NCBI GenBank assembly: GCA_964458565.1
Contig: CAYWJO010000002.1
Location: 64,001-128,000, forward strand
Length of the DNA: 64,000 nucleotides
Source: an uncultured archaeon
GTDB lineage: Archaea > Asgardarchaeota > Thorarchaeia > Thorarchaeales > Thorarchaeaceae
Reading direction: 5' to 3'
Each line of letters opens with the position of its first letter. Within the stretch, counting starts at the first letter, position 1. Below, in pieces: positions 10,255 through 20,016 of this stretch. The position numbers and the translations under genes are program-made. The notes beneath the pieces were generated by a model that did no database searches, was not told where the DNA came from, and saw only the letters and a list, made by a program, of their open reading frames with translations.

Positions 10255-10815
10255 TCATGATATTGAGCACCTCCATTCTAGAGCACGTTTCTCTATGTCC
10301 TGTATAAACTCAGATTTTCCTTCTGTATAACTCTCAATATCCTCAGGATACTGTTTAGCCAAATCTCTCTTGATTCTACAGTATTCCTTAGCTAACTTGG
10401 TATTACATCTTAGATAATCCCTGAAGTTAAGATGGCGGGTGATATGTGGACTGCCTTTTTGGAAGATATGTATATGATGAGATCTATTTTCATTCTCTCC
10501 CTTACTGAAATATCTGCGTCCAGAGATTCCAAGTTCCCCACGAGGTTCATATCCTAGCTCAACCATTATCGAATTTCTCTCATCAACCTTCCCAATATCT
10601 GTGACCTCGACAAGAATGTCGATAATGGGTTTGGCACAGATATCTGGAATTGATGTACTTCCTATGTGATGAATACTAACGAAGAGATCTCCAATCGCTT
10701 TCTCAATTAGCTTCGCTTCGCAAATATATTCTGTCACCCATTTTGGATTATAGTTTTCAAGGATTATCTTTCGTGCCATTTCTAATTCATTGTGGAATGA
10801 TACCATGCGAATCAT
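10255..10815 (-). CDS. GrpB/UPF0157 nucleotidyltransferase-like protein
   Basis: YNPKW, HIGSTSIP..CAKPIIDI, RHLNFRDYLR, Y...K.EFI. Confidence 0.9.
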   Translation of the reverse strand: MIRMVSFHNELEMARKIILENYNPKWVTEYICEAKLIEKAIGDLFVSIHHIGSTSIPDICAKPIIDILVEVTDIGKVDERNSIMVELGYEPRGELGISGRRYFSKGENENRSHHIHIFQKGSPHITRHLNFRDYLRCNTKLAKEYCRIKRDLAKQYPEDIESYTEGKSEFIQDIEKRALEWRCSIS

Positions 10816-11023
10816 ATACCTTATCGTTCTTATAGTGCATTTTGTTGCGATCCTTGATAAGATATTGAATATTAATACTTGAAACTATGGTTGCAATTCC
10901 TAAATAATTGAACTTCTAATTTGATATTCCAAAGACAAATTAATAAGACAATGGATATCAAATTCTCTCGCCACACTTCATAGCAAAAATCATTTCCTTT
11001 TTTGCCTGTGATGACTTAGAAAT

Positions 11024-11098
11024 GGCCTAAGTGGTGTAACGGTAGCATAAGGGATTGTGGCTCCCTTGACGGGGGTTCGATTCCCCCCTTGGGCCCCA
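11024..11098 (+). tRNA. tRNA-His (GTG) with encoded G-1 and CCA
   Basis: Acceptor GCCTAAG/CTTGGGC with G-1 opposite C73, anticodon arm AGGGA-TTGTGGC-TCCCT, T arm GGGGG-TTCGATT-CCCCC, CCA at 11096-11098. Confidence 0.95.
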
Positions 11099-11123
11099 TT
11101 TATTCAATTATTCAGGATGCCAA

Positions 11124-11585
11124 CTAGAACTCCTCGTCTTCCTCAATCCAGACATCCAAGTCGTGGATTTCATCTATTCCAAGTTCTGATAGCTTTGTAT
11201 GAATCTCCTCAATCTCGTCGTTTCTTTCCATCTTCCGCCAATCTCGTCCAGTTTCTCGAGCTGGTTCCACTCCTTTTATGAACCGTTGGCGTATATGCCA
11301 TAGTATATCGAATCGACGGAGCGTGACTCCTAGACGCACTGCCCTCTTTGCTAATGCATCAAGCCGATCAAAAAAGTCCATTGCTCTGTCACAGTCAAGA
11401 ATGGTACTGTTACCGACGCTCTCATTCCAATGTTCTAAGAGTGAACTCTTACCAATACCCCCGATTCCCCCAAGATGTAGAACTACACTTTTTTCTCTAC
11501 AACGCTTGATTGCTTCATCCATCCAAGTTAGATAGGTGTCCCTATTAACGAACACTCGTTCTACAGGTTTATAGTGTTCATACAT
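11124..11585 (-). pseudogene. Truncated or internally deleted P-loop (AAA_16/STAND-like) ATPase
   Basis: FVNR and Walker A GIGGIGKSSLL are present, but the ORF is only 153 aa, has no clear Walker B and ends in an abrupt acidic tail. Confidence 0.55.
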
Positions 11586-11743
11586 CCATTCGACCTCAGC
11601 TAGTCACTTTATACAGAGATGGGTCTTAAGAATGTCGTTGAGAGTCCTAACTACCAAGTTCTCACCTTCTCTGAGAACGCACTGGTTCCAGCATGATGAG
11701 AGTAACATATATTTCCCCTGAAATTTCTGAATGAGGGTTCTAT

Positions 11744-12139
11744 TCATTTCTGTCTGTTTATCCAGAGTTTCAATGCTTTTTTAGCAAATTTACCCGTTAA
11801 TTTTTCATAGGCTTGTCTTGGAGCTAATAACAGTACTTCATCAACATCATCACCTGCTACCGGTTCTCCACCATGCGCCTGTGAAACAAACACAATGAAA
11901 ATGAACTGCTTTTCTTTTTTAGAAAATGGATACGATATCAAATACTCACTTATTCTGACTTTGAGATCTGTTTCCTCCAATACCTCTCGAATTGCTGCCT
12001 CCTCAAGACTCTCTCCAACTTCTACAAATCCCCCAGGCAGACCCCATAGGTCCTTGTTCTTTGAACTAACGATTACAATCTTTTCCCCCATCAAGACCAA
12101 CGATGCAACCACTGGAGTTGGATTAATATAATCACTCAT
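11744..12139 (-). CDS. NUDIX hydrolase
   Basis: Nudix box GGFVEVGESLEEAAIREVLEETDL. Confidence 0.9.
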   Translation of the reverse strand: MSDYINPTPVVASLVLMGEKIVIVSSKNKDLWGLPGGFVEVGESLEEAAIREVLEETDLKVRISEYLISYPFSKKEKQFIFIVFVSQAHGGEPVAGDDVDEVLLLAPRQAYEKLTGKFAKKALKLWINRQK

Positions 12140-12165
12140 GATAATTTATGAACAACTGACACTCT

Positions 12166-12513
12166 TTAGTCATTCTCTGAAAAGGATCTTGACGTAAACC
12201 TTCCACAATCATCACAGATGATTTCATAATCCCAATATGCGTCGCCGCTATGAGGACTAACACACCAATGAGCATAGATGACCTTCACACTCTCACCTTC
12301 ACAGTTACCGCACCCCTTCATCCAGATTTTACCATTTAACGGATGTGCTTCTATGGACACACCTGATCCTGTGAAGATCATAGTTATCCAATCATTATCC
12401 TCACTTGGTGAGATAGGTTCTTTATACCGCAACTTCCAGTCCTCAGCAGCTATTCTTGGGGTGTCAGTTATCTGTTCGTAGAGCATGTCATTCCACCTGA
12501 ACTCGATTCTCAT
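12166..12513 (-). CDS. Hypothetical protein with two CxxC pairs (possible zinc finger)
   Basis: CGNC ... CDDC. Confidence 0.5.
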   Translation of the reverse strand: MRIEFRWNDMLYEQITDTPRIAAEDWKLRYKEPISPSEDNDWITMIFTGSGVSIEAHPLNGKIWMKGCGNCEGESVKVIYAHWCVSPHSGDAYWDYEIICDDCGRFTSRSFSEND

Positions 12514-12552
12514 GGATGCAATGATTCTTGTGTGTTTACATTTTCTATGAGA

Positions 12553-13041
12553 TTAGTCCTTATGAAGTGCAATCCAACAACCCTTCCACCATGATTGAAA
12601 ATCACCCTCTGCGGAAATTGAGATACCTGAGTCTATTCCAATCTTCATTGGCAAATCATTCTTCACTTCTTCGATGTCTATTTCTACAATAGCATACCTT
12701 TCATCAAATTTCCAAGGTTCTGCTACAACACGAGCTTGTCCTTTAACACTAACAGCAATATCTGGAGGACTTACCAAGCATATCATGACTCGTTTGTTTC
12801 TCTTCAGATTTGCCAATGTATCATGATAACGATGAATTACAACACGTAATAATCTGGGTGTGACAGCGTGTAAGCTACCGAAAGGTGCTGTGTGTGGTGT
12901 ATTATTCTCATCAACTGTCGCTATCACCGAGCTTGGATTAAGTACGCCACTAGGTTTCTTCCAAACCTGAAACGCATCATCTCTCAATTCTGACAATCTT
13001 CTCCAGCGTGATTCTCCGCCGTTTTCTTCTGAACCTGTCAT
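12553..13041 (-). CDS. Pyridoxamine 5'-phosphate oxidase-like FMN-binding split-barrel protein
   Basis: IATVDENNTPHTAP, TLANLKRNKRV, SVKGQARVV. Confidence 0.8.
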   Translation of the reverse strand: MTGSEENGGESRWRRLSELRDDAFQVWKKPSGVLNPSSVIATVDENNTPHTAPFGSLHAVTPRLLRVVIHRYHDTLANLKRNKRVMICLVSPPDIAVSVKGQARVVAEPWKFDERYAIVEIDIEEVKNDLPMKIGIDSGISISAEGDFQSWWKGCWIALHKD

Positions 13042-13217
13042 TATAATTTCCCCTGAACCTATTTCGAAATGCTTTCAAATAATATTTATTTATCAGTCAA
13101 CATCAACAAAACTTGGATTTCTGGCCATTAGAGCACATCTCTTCCCTATTTTATTCTTTCAATTCCTTGAAAGATTCGTTATATAATATGCTCCCCCTTC
13201 TCAACTTGGTGATGCGA

Positions 13218-14093
13218 ATGAAACGGTTATGGTTTCTAACTCTAGCCATTATTTGTGGAGCGATGTTGTATAGTGTACCAATACAATCGAATTCACTAGA
13301 AAGGAGCATTGACATTGGTGCAATAGATGGCGAGGATATTTCCTTTCCTGTCGCGATCAATTCTCCAATTCAGACACAAGAAAACAAACCAACACACTGG
13401 GCAGTCATAGTTGGAATTAGCGATTACAATGTTATATCTGATCTCCACTTCTGTGATGATGATGCAAACGATTGGTATTATTATCTCTTGGATATGGGGT
13501 ATGAGAATATACTCGTTCTCGGAGATGACACAAGTACCTATGCACAATATGATGGCTTAGCTACAGAGTATAACGCGAAACAGGCTCTACTATATATGGT
13601 GAGCAATGCTGGTGAAAAAGACACAATCTCTTTCATAACCTCTGGTCATGGTGCAGGTGATAGTAGAGGTGCTAGTTTCTTATGTATGTGGGATACCAAT
13701 GCAGGGGAAAATGGTGAGGATGGACGGTTTTGGGATTATGAAGTCGCCTCCATACTCGAACTAGCTGTTGCTTCAAATATATTCGTCTTCATAGATCATT
13801 GTTTCGCTGGTGGATTTGGCGACGATTTAATGTCGATGTCAAATTCAGAGCATGTATACCTAGCTGCAACCTGTGATATAATGGGTATGGGCTGGGATGC
13901 TGGAGAATTTAGCAATGGACTTTGGACCTATTTCTTCTTGGAATATACTCTGATTGGAGCTTTTGACTCCGACCCTGGAACCGAGATGGAAGTGGCATTT
14001 GAGTATGCTGCAGATGCGTATCCCTATCCAAGAGGCGCACACCATCCACAAGAGTATGATGGGAATCTTGCTGAGGCGTTTATTCTGTGGTAG
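13218..14093 (+). CDS. Secreted caspase-family (C14/metacaspase-like) peptidase
   Basis: Signal peptide MKRLWFLTLAIICG, WAVIVGISDY, L.FCDDDA, SGHG and IDHCFAGG catalytic dyad. Start placed after GGTGA SD (the ORF track starts at 13113). Confidence 0.8.
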   Translation: MKRLWFLTLAIICGAMLYSVPIQSNSLERSIDIGAIDGEDISFPVAINSPIQTQENKPTHWAVIVGISDYNVISDLHFCDDDANDWYYYLLDMGYENILVLGDDTSTYAQYDGLATEYNAKQALLYMVSNAGEKDTISFITSGHGAGDSRGASFLCMWDTNAGENGEDGRFWDYEVASILELAVASNIFVFIDHCFAGGFGDDLMSMSNSEHVYLAATCDIMGMGWDAGEFSNGLWTYFFLEYTLIGAFDSDPGTEMEVAFEYAADAYPYPRGAHHPQEYDGNLAEAFILW

Positions 14094-14119
14094 AATATTC
14101 GATATCTTCTAAAGCGAAC

Positions 14120-14165
14120 GGGTTGGAAGGAGTGATGAAGACTTACATTCCGACCCAATTTTTAT
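14120..14165 (+). terminator. Hairpin plus T-rich tail downstream of the caspase-like gene
   Basis: GGGTTGGAA...TTCCGACCC stem followed by AATTTTTATTT. Confidence 0.5.
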
Positions 14166-14221
14166 TTCATTCCATCCAACAAATTAGATATACTAATTTC
14201 ATGGAAATTAATGGTTTGTTG

Positions 14222-15085
14222 CTACAGACGCATTTCTGATTCTGGGTCGATATGAATTGTTAAGACTATATTGGGTGATATTTTCTCAAGTTCATTTTCA
14301 ATTTCATCAATAATATCATGGGCTTTTCTCACACTCATTGAATCCTCGACTGTTAGATGAACCTCAGCAAGTATCCTACTCCCTTGTTTCCGAGTTTTTA
14401 AGTCATGAAACTCTATCACTTTGGTTTGGTACTTTGAAAGTACTTCTTCTATTACCTGTTCCTCATCAGGACAAGAGTGGTCCATAAGACGTTTTGTGGA
14501 CCGTAGAACCAATCCAATTCCCATCTTCAGAATTATTGCTGATACAATGAATGCAAGAAATGAATCCATAAATTGCCAACTGGTTACTTGAGCGATAAGG
14601 AGTCCAATCCATACGCCTACTGTTGAAATCACGTCCGATAATAGGTGCTTTGCATCACCCTCTAATGCTACAGACTCATTATGTTTAGCTGTACGCATCA
14701 AGAGAACTGAAATTCCTGCATTGAGAAAAGTAGCTATAATAGATATACCAATCGCAAGATTCAGTTCAAGAAGCCCTGCAGATTCAAAAAGACGTCCTAT
14801 TGCTGTGTTTATTATTAGAAGGGCTGCAGCGATTATGAAAATACCTTCAAGCCCACTTGATATATCCTCAATCTTTTGGTGACCATAGTTATGAGTTTCA
14901 TCAGGTGGTTTCTCTGAAATGAGTATTGAGAATAACATCATGACTGAAGCTAGAATGTTCACAACTGATTCTAAAGCATCGGATAGTAAAGCTACTGAAT
15001 TTGAAACTAAATATGACCAGTATTTCAAACAAAATACAATTATTCCCACCATAATTACAATCAATGCTACTTCTTTCTTTTTCAT
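14222..15085 (-). CDS. Cation diffusion facilitator (FieF-like)
   Basis: SVALLSDALES, PPDETHNYGHQKIE, DAKHLLSD, C-terminal IHIDP. Confidence 0.9.
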   Translation of the reverse strand: MKKKEVALIVIMVGIIVFCLKYWSYLVSNSVALLSDALESVVNILASVMMLFSILISEKPPDETHNYGHQKIEDISSGLEGIFIIAAALLIINTAIGRLFESAGLLELNLAIGISIIATFLNAGISVLLMRTAKHNESVALEGDAKHLLSDVISTVGVWIGLLIAQVTSWQFMDSFLAFIVSAIILKMGIGLVLRSTKRLMDHSCPDEEQVIEEVLSKYQTKVIEFHDLKTRKQGSRILAEVHLTVEDSMSVRKAHDIIDEIENELEKISPNIVLTIHIDPESEMRL

Positions 15086-15247
15086 GAGTGTGAACCAATC
15101 ATGACTTTTGATTGCATCTTTTAGGTCTTGTTTTCTGAACGTAAGCTATCAACTTTGATATAGCTTATTTTTCTCCATTCAATCAGAATTGATCTCATCA
15201 CTAGAGATTCATTGTGGTATTGTTATAGTATAGAGAAAATGGGTGGT

Positions 15248-15274
15248 ATGAGGGAAGACAAAGCCCTCCCTCAT
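15248..15274 (-). terminator. Hairpin just downstream of the subtilase stop
   Basis: ATGAGGGA...TCCCTCAT 8-bp stem. Confidence 0.45.
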
Positions 15275-15283
15275 TTTATGCAG

Positions 15284-16879
15284 TTATGCGGTTGCGCCAT
15301 CGGCTTGTATGAATCCTGCACCTTGAGTGGTCGCATCATAACCAAGATCCACTGCAGTTGCTTGCAGGTGGCCCTCAAGCCATGCAACACTCTGTGCTCC
15401 AAATGCTTCAAACATCAGCGCATAGACTCCAGAGGTCTGCGGACAGCTGAAGCTTGTCCCACTGATGTAATAGTATCCACCATAATAGGGCAAAACCAAG
15501 TTCTCACCTATACCGGTGACATCGACTTTACCTCGAGATGAGAAGTCAGATACGAAGACACCAGAGAAGTCGTTCTCTGGAATATCAGTCCAGATTCCTG
15601 TCGGACCATAAGCACCGGTGAGCCCGACATATCCTGCTGCTGCAACCGATGTTGTATCATCAAGATTGGCTGGGTATGCCGTAGTGTCCGCTGCTGGACC
15701 ATCATTTCCTGCAGAGGTGCAAACTACTATACCATCGTTTTCTGCATTTGCAACTGCGTTGTTCAATGCAGTGTTGGTATAGTCATATCCGAGCGACATT
15801 GACACAACCATGTTGTAACTGCTGAGTGGTCCAGCTTTTAGAGTCCGTGCATAGTTGATACAATCAGCCCAGTTGTTTAACATCTCTGTTGAAGTGACTC
15901 CTCCACCAATCCAATAGAAACATCTGAGCATGACGATTTTAGCATCCTCTGCAACACCCCTAATCCAGTAATCAGTGGTACTATCAAGTCTATATCCAAT
16001 TATTGTTCCTGTAACAGCTGAACCATGCCCCTCTGTATCTTCGTTGTATGCCACATTGTCTTTCCCAAGTTCTTGAGTATAACTACGACAATACTCTGTT
16101 AGGATATTCTCCTGTGGGAAGTAATCAAGCCAATTTGATACAAGCCCTGTGTCAATAATGACAACGACTGTACCTGCACCAGTATAGCTCATCTTCTCAG
16201 TGTCAATGACATCATTCCACCATGGTAGCAATTGTGGAAGCGTGTCTTTTGACCAACCTTGGCTGCCTCTATTATCAACCGTAATTGTGTGTTCATCTGA
16301 ACTAGTAAGATCACCACTATCAGTGGCTTCAGCATAGATTGTATGATCGCCATTAGCATAAGCGGTTGTATCCCAATTGTATGAATATGCGGTTGTAATA
16401 TATGTGTCATCAATGTATATGCCAGGAATAAGATTGGCATCTTCATCGTTTACTGTCACTGAGATTGTGACAGAACCTGATATTGTCGCACCATTAGATG
16501 GATTTGTGATAGTCGCAATTGGTGGATTGTTACCAGTTCCCCCGTTGCTAACTGTTACTGTGATAGTATGTGTCACTCTAGGAGTATATGCATAGATAGT
16601 ATGTGTTCCATCATTGTATGTATTTGTATTCCAATAATATGAATAAGACCTGGCAACATATACACCATCAATATAGATTCTTGGCGTCTTCCAAGCACTC
16701 ACTGTGATAGTCACATAACCTGTTACTGTATCTCCATCACCTGGATTGGTGATGGTGCAAAACTTGGCCATCAACATAGACTAAGGTTCATGGTTAGTTA
16801 CTGTTGTAGCTGTTCCAACGAATATCGAACCAAGAAAGATACTCGCGAGAAACAGTCCTAGCAACATATTTCGTTTCAT
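15284..16879 (-). CDS. S8 subtilisin-like protease with two Ig-like (Big) domains; its signal peptide is separated from the rest by an in-frame TAG at 16781-16783
   Basis: VVIIDTG, GHGSAVTG, SAGNDG, SGTSFSCP triad; two ITNP..G.T..G.VTI.V repeats; upstream in-frame MKRNMLLGLFLASIFLGSIFVG signal peptide with GGAG SD. Confidence 0.85.
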
Positions 16880-16936
16880 TTCAAGATACTCCGTTATCTC
16901 CGCATTCTCGAATGGAAAACCGCGTGCGAAGTTCAA

Positions 16937-16984
16937 TTTTTAGAAAACAAAGAGCATTTTATATCATTTCTTTTTTTCTAAAAA
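16937..16984. promoter_or_regulatory. A/T-rich inverted repeat in the divergent subtilase/phosphatase promoter
   Basis: TTTTTAGAAAA...TTTTCTAAAAA enclosing a TTTTATAT TATA-like box. Confidence 0.3.
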
Positions 16985-17084
16985 GTTATTGAAGCAGAAA
17001 AGTGCATGTTTCCTACCATTTGATTTAATGGTGGCAAAGCCAAGTGTTTAATTGGTAATTGCACACATCAATGAGGTGATTGAA

Positions 17085-18647
17085 ATGTATCATCGCAAAC
17101 GGCTCTTATTCCTAATTGCTATCACATTGCTGATGGCTTCCCCCATATTACTCTCTTTCAGTGAGAAATTAGTGAGTATTGAACAAAGTTACAATTTTAG
17201 TGCTGATACTCCCTTTGCTAGAGGTCCTATTATTTCCAAGGTGACTAACGACTCATTGGTCATATTTTGGAGAACGGATGTTGCCACAGATGCGGAAGTC
17301 GAGTATGGTCTTTCGGATTCCAATTTGGACCAATCAACAGTAAATTCCACACTAGATACGGATCATCGCATTTTGCTTAGTGGTTTGGATCCTGATACCA
17401 AGTATTATTATCGTGTGACCTCGGATTCACTTGAGAGTGAAATCTACCACTTTCGAACTGCGCCGCTGACCATGGACACTTTCAAGCTCGCAGTAATCGG
17501 AGATAACCGGCCTGATACTGGAGATGAACCTGTACAACCAACTGTATTCAAGACTCTGATGGATATGATCATTCTAGAGGAGCCCCATCTTGTTATCATG
17601 ACAGGTGATTTCGTATATCGAGTTAATAATGAACTTGAATCCGATCTTCTTGCTTGGGAGTACCTTACGAACGTAACAGACAAGCTGGGTCATTATGCCC
17701 CAATCCTAACTGTGATTGGAAATCACGATACCGGTGCACATACAGGGACTATTCGTGCCCAATACTATCTGGATGCTTTCGAACTATACAATGAACCATC
17801 GCTATATTACTCGTTTGATTATGCAGGTGCTCATTTCACTTGTCTTAATTCAGAAGAATATGGCTTAGAGGGTCGAATTACTGGTGATCAGTATGATTGG
17901 TTAGTATCTGATCTTGAGTCAACATCACAGCCATTGAAGATTGTAGTTGCCCATCGCCCATTATATCCATGTAACCATATAGGAAGCTCAATGGATGTCA
18001 ATGAAGCAGAACGAGATGCACTTCAGCAGCTATTTGAAGAGAACAATGTCACACTCTTTCTAGCTGGACATGACCATCTGTTCAATAGAATTAACGTTAA
18101 TGGAGTTGTTCACTTCATTATCGGAGGTGGAGGTGCACCAGCATATACAACACCATGGGGTGGTGATTATAATCACTATTTCGTAGCTAATGTCAGTCCA
18201 AGAGAAATTGAGTCTGAAGTAATAAAGCCGAATGGTGAGATAGCAAATGAATACAGGTTGCCTTATGACGGTCCTATAGAGATAGAAATACGTGGTTTTG
18301 GTAATAGATCAATTAAACCCGCTGGATCAATGCCAGAAGTCTATTTCTCAGAGCCTCCAGTAACCACATACTACTCGTGGGATGGAGGTTCGAATTCGAC
18401 AACTCTTACAGGACTTCCGGATGTAAGTGGCTCACACACATTAGATATATTCGCAGAAGATGATCTGGGTGTCTGGGGTCACGAAGTCTTTGTTTTTACT
18501 CGTACGGGTTCAGAGCCCACTACAACTACTACAACTAGTTCTCCCATGCCCGTGGACTTGGGATTGGGACAAATCCTGTTATTTGCGGGTGCTGGAATCG
18601 GAGTTGTCATCATCGTTCTTGTTATAGTCAAATTAAGAACCAAATGA
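17085..18647 (+). CDS. Purple acid phosphatase-like metallophosphoesterase with FN3 domain and C-terminal membrane anchor
   Basis: GLDPDTKYYYRV, IGDNR, TGDFV, IGNHD, AHRP, AGHDH; N-terminal signal, Thr-rich linker and C-terminal TM; GAGGTGA SD before 17085. Confidence 0.85.
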   Translation: MYHRKRLLFLIAITLLMASPILLSFSEKLVSIEQSYNFSADTPFARGPIISKVTNDSLVIFWRTDVATDAEVEYGLSDSNLDQSTVNSTLDTDHRILLSGLDPDTKYYYRVTSDSLESEIYHFRTAPLTMDTFKLAVIGDNRPDTGDEPVQPTVFKTLMDMIILEEPHLVIMTGDFVYRVNNELESDLLAWEYLTNVTDKLGHYAPILTVIGNHDTGAHTGTIRAQYYLDAFELYNEPSLYYSFDYAGAHFTCLNSEEYGLEGRITGDQYDWLVSDLESTSQPLKIVVAHRPLYPCNHIGSSMDVNEAERDALQQLFEENNVTLFLAGHDHLFNRINVNGVVHFIIGGGGAPAYTTPWGGDYNHYFVANVSPREIESEVIKPNGEIANEYRLPYDGPIEIEIRGFGNRSIKPAGSMPEVYFSEPPVTTYYSWDGGSNSTTLTGLPDVSGSHTLDIFAEDDLGVWGHEVFVFTRTGSEPTTTTTTSSPMPVDLGLGQILLFAGAGIGVVIIVLVIVKLRTK

Positions 18648-18662
18648 CGAGTATAGCTGCAT

Positions 18663-18691
18663 TAAGGTCATTGAATTAATCAATGACCTTA
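18663..18691. terminator. Perfect 12-bp inverted repeat after the phosphatase gene
   Basis: TAAGGTCATTGA-ATTAA-TCAATGACCTTA followed by a T-rich run. Confidence 0.55.
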
Positions 18692-18731
18692 TACATTTGT
18701 TTTAGCTTAACATTACCCGTGACACACTAAT

Positions 18732-19493
18732 GTGAATCTTATTGCAATCATACTAGGAGAAACCAGCATGTGGACGTGTACCAGAAAACAAGCAACAATC
18801 ATTTGTTTGGCTCTCAGTTTCTTAATAATCTTTACACCAATCAAAGCGCAAACTGACTATCCTACCTATGTATTCAATTTTATCGAACTCAAACTTGTGC
18901 AAGAGGAATCAACATCGTTGCTAACTTCTGTACCACTATTCGCATCCGAACCTGAATTAGTTACATTCCTGTCAGATGAAGATGTACTCTTCTGGGAACA
19001 TCTTGGTCCTTTTGATAATAAAATGCAACAGAATACGTCAATTAGTTCATTTGCATTCGTCCGAATCAATGAGACCGGTTTCTTTGAAACAATTATCGGT
19101 TTATCTCCAGACAATCACTCACTCTTATGGATTGAACCTCTATCAAGTGTTGCAGCTGAGAATTTCACTTCATCACTCAATGGATCAATAGAGTTCTTTA
19201 CTAATCAAGACAAATATTGGGGATTGTGTGAGGAAATTTTGGTCCTCCCCGGATCAATAATATCATCCGAATTAGAGAGTGTGTGGAGATACAAATTTTA
19301 TCTGATTGAATCTTCAGAGTTATGGACCTTGTACACTGACTCTATGGGTCATGTTCTTGATGCGGATGTGACGATAACACCTTGTGTATCTTGCACCGTT
19401 TGCCCAATACTTGTTATTCTTGGTTTCACAAGCGTGGTAGTTGTTGTACTAATTGTTATATCAATCAAATCGGGATGGCTAAATAGGACATAA
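18732..19493 (+). CDS. Hypothetical secreted protein with C-terminal TM anchor
   Basis: Signal-like N-terminus; CVSCTVC immediately before the C-terminal hydrophobic helix. Confidence 0.5.
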   Translation: MNLIAIILGETSMWTCTRKQATIICLALSFLIIFTPIKAQTDYPTYVFNFIELKLVQEESTSLLTSVPLFASEPELVTFLSDEDVLFWEHLGPFDNKMQQNTSISSFAFVRINETGFFETIIGLSPDNHSLLWIEPLSSVAAENFTSSLNGSIEFFTNQDKYWGLCEEILVLPGSIISSELESVWRYKFYLIESSELWTLYTDSMGHVLDADVTITPCVSCTVCPILVILGFTSVVVVVLIVISIKSGWLNRT

Positions 19494-19501
19494 ATCTAGA
19501 A

Positions 19502-19930
19502 TCAATGATGATGGTCCAACTCTTCGCTCTCTGGCATCGTAAATGTGAATAACCTCGAGAAGGATACACCTGTAATTCCAGATATCCGGTTAGCTAAATC
19601 TTCGATTTGTTTTCTTGTTCCTTTAAGTGCCATTACTTCAAGGCAATGAGCATGTGAAAGATGTATATGAGTGGATGACAGAACCTCTGCTTCAGCTGCA
19701 TGCTGAGCACGAATCATTTCCGCCATTAACTTTGGTTTATGTGTATACACAACCGTGAATGTTGCTGCTTTTCCTTCCTGTTCGAATTCCCATTCCTTGT
19801 CTGAAATGTACATTCTCATTGCATCTCTGATTGCCTCTGACCTTCCAACATAACCAAGTTTCTCAACAATTTGATCGAATTTCGTGAGAAGATCATCAGG
19901 AACCGATACGCCGAATCTCTTCAGTGCCAT
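19502..19930 (-). CDS. nikR: Nickel-responsive regulator NikR
   Basis: RFGVSVPDDLL..FD....GY..RSEAIRDAMR RHH domain; H.HL.H.HCLEV Ni site; ATG at 19930 after GGTGA SD. Confidence 0.92.
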   Translation of the reverse strand: MALKRFGVSVPDDLLTKFDQIVEKLGYVGRSEAIRDAMRMYISDKEWEFEQEGKAATFTVVYTHKPKLMAEMIRAQHAAEAEVLSSTHIHLSHAHCLEVMALKGTRKQIEDLANRISGITGVSFSRLFTFTMPESEELDHHH

Positions 19931-19949
19931 GACACAAATCACCTAACAT

Positions 19950-19977
19950 AGTAACACGATTTATCAAAAAGTAACAC
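19950..19977. promoter_or_regulatory. Candidate NikR operator: direct repeat AGTAACAC x2, 20 bp apart
   Basis: AGTAACAC at 19950 and 19970, between the divergent nikR and cbiM genes. Confidence 0.5.
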
Positions 19978-20016
19978 ATATAAGAAGATTGCGAAACACT
20001 ATGACAGCACTAGGAA

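Noticed and set aside
11057-11281. ORF starting inside tRNA-His (and likewise 22474-22746 across tRNA-Leu)
   Set aside because: Both overlap tRNA genes and have no protein-like features.
11671-11730. ATGATGA and CTGA words resembling a C/D-box sRNA
   Set aside because: The box order and spacing do not give a convincing C-D'-C'-D layout, and no guide target can be verified.
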